A DNA stretch of 64,000 nt from a virus. The first letter of the stretch is position 1, and every line of letters begins with the position of its first letter. The notes beneath the pieces were generated by a model. That model did no database searches and had not been told where the DNA came from. It saw nothing but the letters and a program-made list of their open reading frames with translations. The stretch lies in the IMG/VR virus record IMGVR_UViG_3300036715_003363; one strand, written 5' to 3'. The position numbers and the translations under genes are program-made. Below are positions 26,468 to 35,003 of this stretch, piece after piece.

Positions 26468-27384
26468 GAAGCAAGTTTTAAAATACAGCTAAACCAGTTA
26501 ATCTCTTTGTCAACGACAATGCTGTCGCGATACATTGCTTCAGAAACTGTTAATAGATAAGAGCTCTTCGTCGTCTTTTCAACGTTATCAGCTTTAAAGA
26601 TTGACTCAAACATTTCTTTTAAAAGTTGGAGATAATCACTCGAAAATTCCTGCTCTCTTTCAATAATAAATTTTCTTATCTCAACAACATTAGTATTAGA
26701 TATAATCATTCCAAATACCTTATCAGCAAGATTCTTAACAAGGTTCGCCTTAATGCAAAGAGTTCCTGAATAAGAATACTTTTGAACATCGTTAATAACG
26801 CGGCGAATATCCGGATACCCGCTACGAATAAGTTCTATCAGCTTCGGCTTTTCTTCTACTGGGACAACAATTCCTTCCTGCTTAAGAACATGAACCACTC
26901 TCTTTAAAACTCCATCAAGAGGAGGATTTAAGTTGAAGATCTGACATCTTGACTGAAGAGCTGGAATAATTTTAAATAGATAATTACATGTAAAGATAAA
27001 TCTCGTATTTGTTGAATACTCTTCAATAACATTACGAAGAGCTTTCTGTGCATCTAGTGTGATTGAATCACACTCATCTAGGAATACAACCTTAAGCTTA
27101 CCGTCTAGAGATTTTGTCTGCGAAAACCCAATAACTTTTGTTCGGATTGTATCAATTCCGTTTTCATCAGAAGCATTAATGTATAGATACTGACAATCAA
27201 GAATATTTTTAACAATAATCTTTGAAATTGTAGTTTTACCTGTTCCGGGAGGTCCTGCAAACAGTAGATTAGGAATTTCACTCTTACTCTTTAAATCAGT
27301 AAAATACTTCCTATCTTCATCAGACAAGATTATATCTTCGACAGTCGCAGGTCTGTATCGCTCAACAAAAAGGTTATTAAACAT
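26464..27384 (-). CDS. gp44: clamp loader ATPase subunit (gp44/RFC-like)
   Basis: FVERYRP, GPPGTGKTT, INASDENGID, LDECD, ALQSRC. Confidence 0.95.
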   Translation of the reverse strand: MFNNLFVERYRPATVEDIILSDEDRKYFTDLKSKSEIPNLLFAGPPGTGKTTISKIIVKNILDCQYLYINASDENGIDTIRTKVIGFSQTKSLDGKLKVVFLDECDSITLDAQKALRNVIEEYSTNTRFIFTCNYLFKIIPALQSRCQIFNLNPPLDGVLKRVVHVLKQEGIVVPVEEKPKLIELIRSGYPDIRRVINDVQKYSYSGTLCIKANLVKNLADKVFGMIISNTNVVEIRKFIIEREQEFSSDYLQLLKEMFESIFKADNVEKTTKSSYLLTVSEAMYRDSIVVDKEINWFSCILKLAS

Positions 27385-27399
27385 AAGCTTATTATAGAT

Positions 27400-27882
27400 C
27401 TATTTGCCTGAACTGCCAAAACCAAATGCGCCGCGTGACGCTTCAGTAATTTCGTCTGTGAATGATGGTACCATATCAACAAGAGGATAAAAAGCTATCT
27501 GTGCAACCCTATCACCTTTTTTAAAAGTGTAATCTTTATAGCTAAAATTATAAATTTGTACGTCCAACGAACCTCTATAGCCTGAATCTATTACACCTAG
27601 ATGAGGTTGAAGTTGATGTTTAAACCCCAATCCGCTTCTTGGTAAAATAAGATACCAATATCCTGGAGCAATATCTGCAACTTGTAATCCTACAGGGACA
27701 ATACCATGAAGTCGAGAGCGGATAGTGATATCTTCAACGCAATATAAATCATACCCAGTATCAGTTTCATGAGCTTTTGTGGGTAATTGTGCGTCGTCGT
27801 GCGTTTTTACAAATTTAATAAAAGGTTTATTAGTAGCCGTTGCCGATTCAGAATAAATACTATGTGATGTAAGCATATACAA
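27400..27882 (-). CDS. dut: dUTPase (trimeric)
   Basis: GYDL, PRSG, GVIDSGYRG, GDRVAQ, RGAFGFGSSG motifs 1-5. Confidence 0.95.
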   Translation of the reverse strand: MYMLTSHSIYSESATATNKPFIKFVKTHDDAQLPTKAHETDTGYDLYCVEDITIRSRLHGIVPVGLQVADIAPGYWYLILPRSGLGFKHQLQPHLGVIDSGYRGSLDVQIYNFSYKDYTFKKGDRVAQIAFYPLVDMVPSFTDEITEASRGAFGFGSSGK

Positions 27883-27896
27883 GAGACTAAAATCTT

Positions 27897-28085
27897 CTAT
27901 TCGTTAATAAGTTGACGCCCAGTGTTTTCGCCGTTCTTTACTTCAGTGACGGGCTGTACAGTAACATTAACTGCATTGACCTTAAGCCATGAAATAAGTG
28001 AATCTTCTTTTTCTGATGGAACGACAAAAGTTCCGTATATTGTGTTAACTGTAATACTCATACTTGTAATATAATATACTAGCAA
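27897..28085 (-). CDS. hypothetical protein
   Basis: 62-aa ORF co-oriented with dut. Confidence 0.45.
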   Translation of the reverse strand: MLVYYITSMSITVNTIYGTFVVPSEKEDSLISWLKVNAVNVTVQPVTEVKNGENTGRQLINE

Positions 28086-28099
28086 TAAATAAAATCAAC

Positions 28100-28606
28100 G
28101 TGATTAACTCATTAGATACCCTTTTAAGCGAATTATCTGGATATAATCCAGTTCAACAAGCAGTTCGTGACACCTCAACACTTGCTGAAGAAGATGTAAC
28201 AAATTTCGTTATTAAAAAAGCAGGCGAATTAGTTAACATATCTCTAGATTCTGTGAGCGAAATGCGAGATATTGTTATTCAAGGACAAGACCCTGAAGAA
28301 ATTGCAGCTCTTGCAGGATTAATTTCATCAACAACCGGCGCAATTGAGGCATTGAATAAACTTGTGATTTTACAAAAAAGACAGAAAGGAGCAGAAAAAC
28401 TTGAACAAATAAAACTTGAAGGAAAGAAAGAAGTTGCGAGAATTCAAGCTACTGCGGCTGCTCCATTAACAAACACAACAAATAACACAACAAATAATGT
28501 GCTAGTTATGAATAGAGAAGAAATATTTAAAAAGTTCTTAAACGATGACAAAGAATCTGAAATCATTGAGCTTACTACTGAGATACTCCCTATAGAGGAT
28601 AAATAA
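28100..28606 (+). CDS. gp16: small terminase subunit, gp16-like
   Basis: Two long helices (..EEIAALAGLISSTTGAIEALNKL..LQK) then TNNTTNNVLVMNREEI, the pattern of T4-like gp16; TAAATA at 28086. Confidence 0.6.
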   Translation: MINSLDTLLSELSGYNPVQQAVRDTSTLAEEDVTNFVIKKAGELVNISLDSVSEMRDIVIQGQDPEEIAALAGLISSTTGAIEALNKLVILQKRQKGAEKLEQIKLEGKKEVARIQATAAAPLTNTTNNTTNNVLVMNREEIFKKFLNDDKESEIIELTTEILPIEDK

Positions 28607-28611
28607 TAGAT

Positions 28612-28866
28612 ATGGCTAATATTTTTTCACCGACCCTTCCTATAACAGGACCGTGGTATATCTCAAGTGATGACTGGATGGGTGATTCCTTGCAGTATTT
28701 TAATGCAAACGTAAATTATCTTGCAACTCTTATTAATACCCTTAGCGCACAGAGTATAAGTCAAACAACTATTATTAATACCCTTAGTACGCAGAATATA
28801 AGTCAAACAACTCTTATTAATACTCTTAGTACTAATCTTGTAGCGCTCAGTGCTTACGTCGGCTAA
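28612..28866 (+). CDS. small protein with 2.5 x 14-aa repeats
   Basis: 42-nt units at 28729, 28771, 28813 (LINTLSxQxISQTT). Confidence 0.65.
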   Translation: MANIFSPTLPITGPWYISSDDWMGDSLQYFNANVNYLATLINTLSAQSISQTTIINTLSTQNISQTTLINTLSTNLVALSAYVG

Positions 28867-29864
28867 GCACTGCAGCTCTCACAATTGAGAATATTTCTAG
28901 CTAATTCCTGAGCAGGATTACTTGAGCGCTGATAATAAAGACTCTTAATGCCTTGTTCCCAGGCGAAAATCATTAAATCACTGACATCTTTCGGCTTTGT
29001 TGTGTGAGGAATCATTAAATTCAGTGATTGTCCTTGATCAATAAACTTTTGACGAGCCGCAGCTTGTATTATGATCTCTTTTTGTGAAATTTCGCCAAAT
29101 GTTTTATAAACAGCCTTTTCATGATCGCTTAAAAATTCTAAATGCTGAATAGAGCCTCCGCGCTTAAGAATTGATTCCCATACTTCATCAGTGTGCTGAC
29201 TCTTCTCTTTAAGAAGAGCTTTAAGATGAGGGCTTCTAAAAGTAAACTTGCCTTTTGCAAGATCTTTCACAAAATAGTTTCCATTAAGAGGTTCAATTGA
29301 AGGTGAAACCTGCCCGAGAATGAATGACGAAGAAGTTGTTGGAGCAACTGCGAGAGTTGTAGTGTTTCGTCGTCCATATCCTTCTAATAGAGGCGGCTCA
29401 CCAAGAAGTTTTGCAAGCTCTTCTGTTGCTCTGTCAGCCTTTTCGCGAATTGTCTTCCAAATTGTTGAGTTAAGAATTTTTGCTTCCATTGATTCAAACG
29501 GAATTGATTTCGCGTGAAGAAGAGAATGCCATCCAAGAACCCCAACACCAAGAGCGCGCTGATTAATTGCAAACTTACGAGGTGCATCCATGAATTTCAT
29601 ATTTTCTGTCTTTTCAATAAATTCAGACATAACTGCATCAAGGAAGTACACGAGAGTTTCAACGGCATCAGTGTTTTTCCATTCTTCCCATTTTTCAAGA
29701 TTAAGAGAAGAAAGATCACACACAAAAGATTCATCAACTGAGTTTGAAAGAGAAATTTCCGCACAGTTGTGCACTAAAATTTTATTCGCGAAAAAGTTTG
29801 CAGTTTTTTCAACAGTGATGTCATAAACAGGTTCGGTTCTTTTGATTCGTCTAATTTTTATCAT
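28863..29864 (-). CDS. nrdA: class I ribonucleotide reductase alpha, C-terminal fragment with 33-aa IntC
   Basis: ILVHN/CAEI, CDLSSLN, LGVGVLG, VAPTTSSS, FIDQGQS, LYY, C-term CESC. Confidence 0.95.
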   Translation of the reverse strand: MIKIRRIKRTEPVYDITVEKTANFFANKILVHNCAEISLSNSVDESFVCDLSSLNLEKWEEWKNTDAVETLVYFLDAVMSEFIEKTENMKFMDAPRKFAINQRALGVGVLGWHSLLHAKSIPFESMEAKILNSTIWKTIREKADRATEELAKLLGEPPLLEGYGRRNTTTLAVAPTTSSSFILGQVSPSIEPLNGNYFVKDLAKGKFTFRSPHLKALLKEKSQHTDEVWESILKRGGSIQHLEFLSDHEKAVYKTFGEISQKEIIIQAAARQKFIDQGQSLNLMIPHTTKPKDVSDLMIFAWEQGIKSLYYQRSSNPAQELARNILNCESCSA

Positions 29865-30249
29865 GATTTGTAAGTATTAAATTGTTATTCTTTTTTATAG
29901 TTGCATGCAGTGAGATTATATAATCGGTCTAACTACAACTCTGTATAATATCCGTTTCTTCTAGTTCTTGTGCTTGAATATATCCTCTGTTTTGAGTAAA
30001 GATTAAATGCTCAGGTGTACAACGAACTATATTTCCTTTTTCGTCTTCAATTTCAATTAAATCTTCAGACTCACCGGTTTGTGCAAAGGCAGTAATACTT
30101 TCATATGTAACAGAAGATGAATCAATATCATATGATCTAACCTTAATATTACTATAAATTTTATTATAATATTCTAAATCTTTAATGGGTATTTCAAGAT
30201 ATGTAATATCATTAATAATTATTTCAATAATAGTATCACCTGTAACGCA
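29766..30249 (-). mobile_element. split intein in NrdA: 106-aa IntN (30249-29932) + 33-aa IntC (29864-29766)
   Basis: NSNL|CVTGDT..CTPEH..; MIKI..VYDITV..NFFAN..VHN|CAEI; 64-nt gap. Confidence 0.93.
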
Positions 30250-30999
30250 CAAATTACTGTTATGAATTACAAGTCCTTTATCTTTATATACTTGAGGGGC
30301 TTGGTTGTTAGCATTATCAGAAAAGAATATATAAGGATAACCAGACGCAAAGCGCTTCTTAATAATGAGACCCCAAATCTTACGTTTGTGTTTGTCTCCG
30401 TCAATTAGATCCTTCATCCACGCATCTGAAATACAAACCCCAATTGATACGTCTTGAATTGTGTTACCAACATCCTTAATTTGCAAAAATTCCTCAATGT
30501 CAGGATGATCAACCGGAAGGTATGCTGCAAATGACCCACGTCTAACACTTCCCTGTGAAATTACACTCATTAGACTGTCATAAAGCTCCATAAAGTGAAC
30601 AGATCCTGTTGATTCACCGCCTGATGAGATTGCGGCACCTCTTCCGCGAATTTTACCAAAATAAGCAGATGTTCCACCGCCAACAGCAGTCATAACACCG
30701 ATCTCAGATACCTTTTCGAGAATACTCTCAATAGTGTCATCAATACAGCTTCCAAAACAGCTTATTGGGAGAGCTCTCGATCTACCAAAATTAGCCCAAA
30801 TCGGAGAGCTTAGGCTATACATCCCTTCCTTCATATAACCAATAAATTTCTCCGCAAATCCTTTATAAAGGTATTTTTCAGCTGTGTTAGCAATTTCTTC
30901 AATTCTTTGTTCAGCTGTTTCACCATCTATAAGGTATCCGCGACTAAGAAATTTGCGTGAATCTTTGTTTAGCCAGTAATAATCGTGCGTATTTGTCAT
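29929..30999 (-). CDS. nrdA: class I ribonucleotide reductase alpha, N-terminal fragment (no ATP cone) with IntN
   Basis: SSPIWANFG, PISCF, GGGTS, SQGSVRRG..AAYL...HPDI..FL, GYPYI, SNL. Confidence 0.95.
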   Translation of the reverse strand: MTNTHDYYWLNKDSRKFLSRGYLIDGETAEQRIEEIANTAEKYLYKGFAEKFIGYMKEGMYSLSSPIWANFGRSRALPISCFGSCIDDTIESILEKVSEIGVMTAVGGGTSAYFGKIRGRGAAISSGGESTGSVHFMELYDSLMSVISQGSVRRGSFAAYLPVDHPDIEEFLQIKDVGNTIQDVSIGVCISDAWMKDLIDGDKHKRKIWGLIIKKRFASGYPYIFFSDNANNQAPQVYKDKGLVIHNSNLCVTGDTIIEIIINDITYLEIPIKDLEYYNKIYSNIKVRSYDIDSSSVTYESITAFAQTGESEDLIEIEDEKGNIVRCTPEHLIFTQNRGYIQAQELEETDIIQSCS

Positions 31000-31038
31000 T
31001 TAAAAAATTTATAATATGTTGTTCGACAAGAAACTATT

Positions 31039-32016
31039 TTAATCATTGAATAGAGAGTCTTCATCAAAACATTGATTGTGCTTTGCGTATTCTACAGGAC
31101 GCGTACTAAAAAAATCGCTCATATTATTGCCTAATAATTCCTCATCAAACCAGAGTGTAGGCTTAACGATTTCCTTATCAACTTCAAAAGCAGTCGGGAA
31201 TCCAATCTGCACTAGAGATTCATTAATTCTCTTCTTAACAAATTCTTTAAGAATAGGAGCTGATAGCCCTTCCTCACTTACACCATTGACCATCCAGTCA
31301 ATAATCTTTGATTCTGCTTCAAAAGCCATCCCAGCCTCCTGAACAATGCGCGCAATGAGCTCTTCATCAAACAGGTCGGGATGCTCTTCTCTGATTGTAT
31401 TGATAATTTTGATTCCAACAAGGGCATGAATGTTCTCCTCGTTGCGCGTATACTTCACCTGCTGGTCTGTGTCCTTAAGAACGTTTTTAAAGCGTGCATA
31501 CCAATTAATAACATAAAACTGTGAAAACAGACTGACATTCTCAACGAATAACGTAAAGAGAATCAATGCATACAGGTATTGTTTTTTTGAATCTTTATAG
31601 AACTTGTGTGTATACTTTTTAAGATACTTTACTCTTCCCTCAATCCACTCCAGCTTAAGATTTTCCTCAAAAATATTTTCGAGCCCGAGAACTGATATAA
31701 GTCTTTCATATGCATTATTGTGAATGACCTCCACATTAGCCATTACATATCCGAGATCCTGTAATGAAGGGTGAGGTAGATTGTCTCCTAGCCTGGCCCA
31801 AAAAGTTTTTACTGCAACTTCGATCTGACCAATAGCTGAAAGAGTTCTAATAACAATTTCTCTTTCCTGTTCTGTTAAATTTACCTTAAACTGTTGAATA
31901 TCAGATTTAAATGAAAACTCTTTATCTGTCCAAAATCCTGCATGCATTGAATCGATAAATTCATCCGTCCAAGGATAGTTGTTAGGTTTGCGGGAGATTT
32001 GTTCATCGAATATCAT
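31039..32016 (-). CDS. nrdB: class I ribonucleotide reductase beta
   Basis: FW...E, EV.H..AY, VENVSLFSQF, RNEEN.H, FF..RPVEY. Confidence 0.95.
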   Translation of the reverse strand: MIFDEQISRKPNNYPWTDEFIDSMHAGFWTDKEFSFKSDIQQFKVNLTEQEREIVIRTLSAIGQIEVAVKTFWARLGDNLPHPSLQDLGYVMANVEVIHNNAYERLISVLGLENIFEENLKLEWIEGRVKYLKKYTHKFYKDSKKQYLYALILFTLFVENVSLFSQFYVINWYARFKNVLKDTDQQVKYTRNEENIHALVGIKIINTIREEHPDLFDEELIARIVQEAGMAFEAESKIIDWMVNGVSEEGLSAPILKEFVKKRINESLVQIGFPTAFEVDKEIVKPTLWFDEELLGNNMSDFFSTRPVEYAKHNQCFDEDSLFND

Positions 32017-32083
32017 AAATTAGCAGTTGTTGTACATAGTTTGAGTGTGATTATTTTATACTGATTTTAGCGCATTGCTACTT

Positions 32084-32647
32084 TTACTTGTTGCGCTTAT
32101 TCTTTGGAAGCGGTTTCCAATCAGATCCTCCGCCGGGAGAATCCCCCCACTTCTTACCTCCTGGAATAGGAGCGTTTTTGTTTGTGAGATTTACTTCAGC
32201 TTTAAGATTATTGTTTTCCTTTGTCTTAACAGGCTCAGGTCCGTGAATCTTACTTTTACGCTTAACACTATCAGGAACTGGACCACGATTAATTCCATCA
32301 TCTTGAAGCTCGAGTGATTCAATAGGAACAGTCATTGGATTTCTATATAAACCAGGAGCGTATTCAATGATTACATCAACAAAGATATGATCAGGAGACT
32401 CAGTGCCACCTCTATAATTCTGAGTTGTTGTTGGATAGATGCTCTTAATTGCACTAACGCGAAGAGTAAGATCAAAACTCGGCTCAGACACTGTTTTCAC
32501 CATTTCGATGAAATTAGCCGCCTTATTTTTAAAGAAATCTAATTTTAGAGCATCTTTGCGGAATTTAACACGATCTCCGATAAGAAGACCACCTTGTTGG
32601 TATCTCTCAAGGAGATTTTCAAATAAAACGTCAAAATTTTTATTCAT
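32084..32647 (-). CDS. hypothetical protein
   Basis: 187 aa; minus-strand TAAATA at 32666-32671. Confidence 0.7.
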   Translation of the reverse strand: MNKNFDVLFENLLERYQQGGLLIGDRVKFRKDALKLDFFKNKAANFIEMVKTVSEPSFDLTLRVSAIKSIYPTTTQNYRGGTESPDHIFVDVIIEYAPGLYRNPMTVPIESLELQDDGINRGPVPDSVKRKSKIHGPEPVKTKENNNLKAEVNLTNKNAPIPGGKKWGDSPGGGSDWKPLPKNKRNK

Positions 32648-32665
32648 ATTTGCTTGTAGTGTTAT

Positions 32666-32690
32666 TATTTATGCGGTCAGCAACTAAATA
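32666..32690. promoter_or_regulatory. divergent pair of late-type promoter cores
   Basis: tattta (minus, 32666-71) and taaata (plus, 32685-90) between divergent ORFs. Confidence 0.45.
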
Positions 32691-32700
32691 ATAGAGAAGA

Positions 32701-33192
32701 ATGGCTATCAAGATAAAAAGTTTAGAGAAGCTTGCAAACTCTTATACGCAACAGCAACACATATATCAAGATCTTACCTTAGATATTGCACAAAATAAAA
32801 TTGTAACAAGAGGATTTCCATTCCCGGTTCCAGGAAAAGATATTGAGGTAAGTCTTGATTACGCAGCAATTAGAAACTCTCTTACAAACTTGTTTAACAC
32901 AATTCCTGGCCAGAGATTCTTATTTCCTGATTATGGCCTCGATTTAAGACAATTTTTATTTCTACCAATTACACGAAGCACTGCTCGACTAATTGGTGAC
33001 AGAATACATGAGTCTGTTTCAAATTATGAACCTCGCGTAAATATAATTAACGTTAACGTTCAGTCAGATCCCGACAACAACAAGTACAACATCAGTTTGA
33101 TAATGAGTTTTCCGACATTAAATACTACTAATACAGTAAACTACGCACTCGATATTAAAAATCAGTCGTTTATACTACTACCTTCTAACTAA
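32701..33192 (+). CDS. gp25: baseplate wedge subunit gp25
   Basis: AIRNSL.NLF.T.PG.R.L.PDYG.DL, YEPRV. Confidence 0.92.
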   Translation: MAIKIKSLEKLANSYTQQQHIYQDLTLDIAQNKIVTRGFPFPVPGKDIEVSLDYAAIRNSLTNLFNTIPGQRFLFPDYGLDLRQFLFLPITRSTARLIGDRIHESVSNYEPRVNIINVNVQSDPDNNKYNISLIMSFPTLNTTNTVNYALDIKNQSFILLPSN

Positions 33193-35000
33193 TGGCTATT
33201 ACACCACAGCAAAATCAATTTAATGTTCCAGCCGGAGGATATATTGCATTTGATGCAATGTCTCTTCGTCAAATTATCGTTGACAGATTAAACGAACAAG
33301 GAACATTTACAGACCAGAATTTCGTTGGTAGTAATTTGTCATCGATTATTGATATTATTTCATTTTCGTACAACACCCTAATTTATTATCTAAACAAAAC
33401 AAGCACAGAGTCAATGTTTACAGAAGCACAGCTGTATGAAAACATGAATCGTATTGTTAAACTTCTCGATTACAACCCAGTTGGTTTGCAGACATCAACG
33501 CTCTCATTTAATGCGTCAGCACAAAATGTTGGAATTGGACTATACACCATTCCGCGATATACATACACAAATGTTAATAGTATTGCATTTTCATTTACTG
33601 AAGACATTACTTTTGCAAAAACAACAAATTCAAGCACATTCGAGGCTCTTACAAATCTATCTCAAGAAAAATTTCTCTATCAAGGAAAATATCAGGAATA
33701 TCCTACATACACAGCTGCCGGCGATAATAATGAAATTGTAATACTCAACACATCATCTGTGCTTGTTGACCATTTCAATATTGACGTGTATGTATACTCC
33801 ACACAAGACGGAAAATGGTACCAGTATTTTCCTACAAAAAGTTTATACCTTGAGTCAAGCAGTGATGTAAAATATGAAATTAGACTTAACGGTAATATGC
33901 GTTACGAAATTAAATTTGGTGATGATATTAATGGAAAAAAACTCAATGTAGATGATAAAGTTGCAATATACTACCTTCAGAGTGACGGAGTGAATGGAAT
34001 TATTGGACCAAACGCTTTAAACCCTCAAACCACAAAACTTGTCAGTCTTAATACATCACAGCTTACAAGCATATTGAACGACACTGTAGGATCTCAATAT
34101 ACATTTTTAAACAGCTCACAAATTAGTAATGTATTAAGACTACAAAATACATCAAGCTCAACAGATATTCAAGCTCCTCAAACTGCAGAAGATATTAGAA
34201 AACTTGCGCCAACAAATTTTCAGAGTCAGTACAGACTTGTTACAACAAACGATTACGAGACATTTATATTAACAAATTTCGCAAATTTGATATCACATGT
34301 TAGAGTAATTAATAATACAGAATATCTCACAAACTACTTAAATTATTTCTATAATCTAGGAATAAATCAGCCGTCCCTAACTGAAAGAGCTCTTATTAAC
34401 CAAGCCTTATATGCAGATAGCTGTAATTTTAATAATGTTTATATCATATCAGTTCCTCGATCCACGAGCAATAATTTTAACTATCTAACACCAGCTCAAA
34501 AGCAGTTAATATCAACATCAATTGATGCATATAAAATTACAACGACGGAAACAACATTTATCGATCCTGTGTATAAAGCTTTTGCTCTTGGTGTTCAAAA
34601 ATACGGATCAGATATTAATCCGATAACTGATACAAGTTGTGTTCAACTACAAATTACAAAATTAAAAACATCAGCAAGAAGCAATCAATCAATTATTAGC
34701 GATGTTGCTAGTATATTTGTTCAATATTTTAATAGATCAAATTTGTCCCTTGGACAAACAGTTGATATTAAATCTTTAACACAAAGTATACTACAAGTTG
34801 ATGGAATTGCATCATTTGTAACTGCTCGTACTGACATAAACAATGCAGTAGTTGAAGGACTGTCAGTATTTGTATGGAATCCTCTGTATCCAACACGAGA
34901 TGCAATAGCAACAACTAATAATGTTACACTAAATCCGTTTGAATATCCATTCTATAATAATTTGACACATATATCAAATTATATTACAGTTACAAATTAA
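33192..35000 (+). CDS. gp6: baseplate wedge subunit gp6
   Basis: FTDQNFVGSNLS..ID..SY, E.MF..AQL, YEIKFGD...G..L, Y.QSDG..G, R.VT..DY. Confidence 0.9.
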   Translation: MAITPQQNQFNVPAGGYIAFDAMSLRQIIVDRLNEQGTFTDQNFVGSNLSSIIDIISFSYNTLIYYLNKTSTESMFTEAQLYENMNRIVKLLDYNPVGLQTSTLSFNASAQNVGIGLYTIPRYTYTNVNSIAFSFTEDITFAKTTNSSTFEALTNLSQEKFLYQGKYQEYPTYTAAGDNNEIVILNTSSVLVDHFNIDVYVYSTQDGKWYQYFPTKSLYLESSSDVKYEIRLNGNMRYEIKFGDDINGKKLNVDDKVAIYYLQSDGVNGIIGPNALNPQTTKLVSLNTSQLTSILNDTVGSQYTFLNSSQISNVLRLQNTSSSTDIQAPQTAEDIRKLAPTNFQSQYRLVTTNDYETFILTNFANLISHVRVINNTEYLTNYLNYFYNLGINQPSLTERALINQALYADSCNFNNVYIISVPRSTSNNFNYLTPAQKQLISTSIDAYKITTTETTFIDPVYKAFALGVQKYGSDINPITDTSCVQLQITKLKTSARSNQSIISDVASIFVQYFNRSNLSLGQTVDIKSLTQSILQVDGIASFVTARTDINNAVVEGLSVFVWNPLYPTRDAIATTNNVTLNPFEYPFYNNLTHISNYITVTN

Positions 35001-35003
35001 AGT

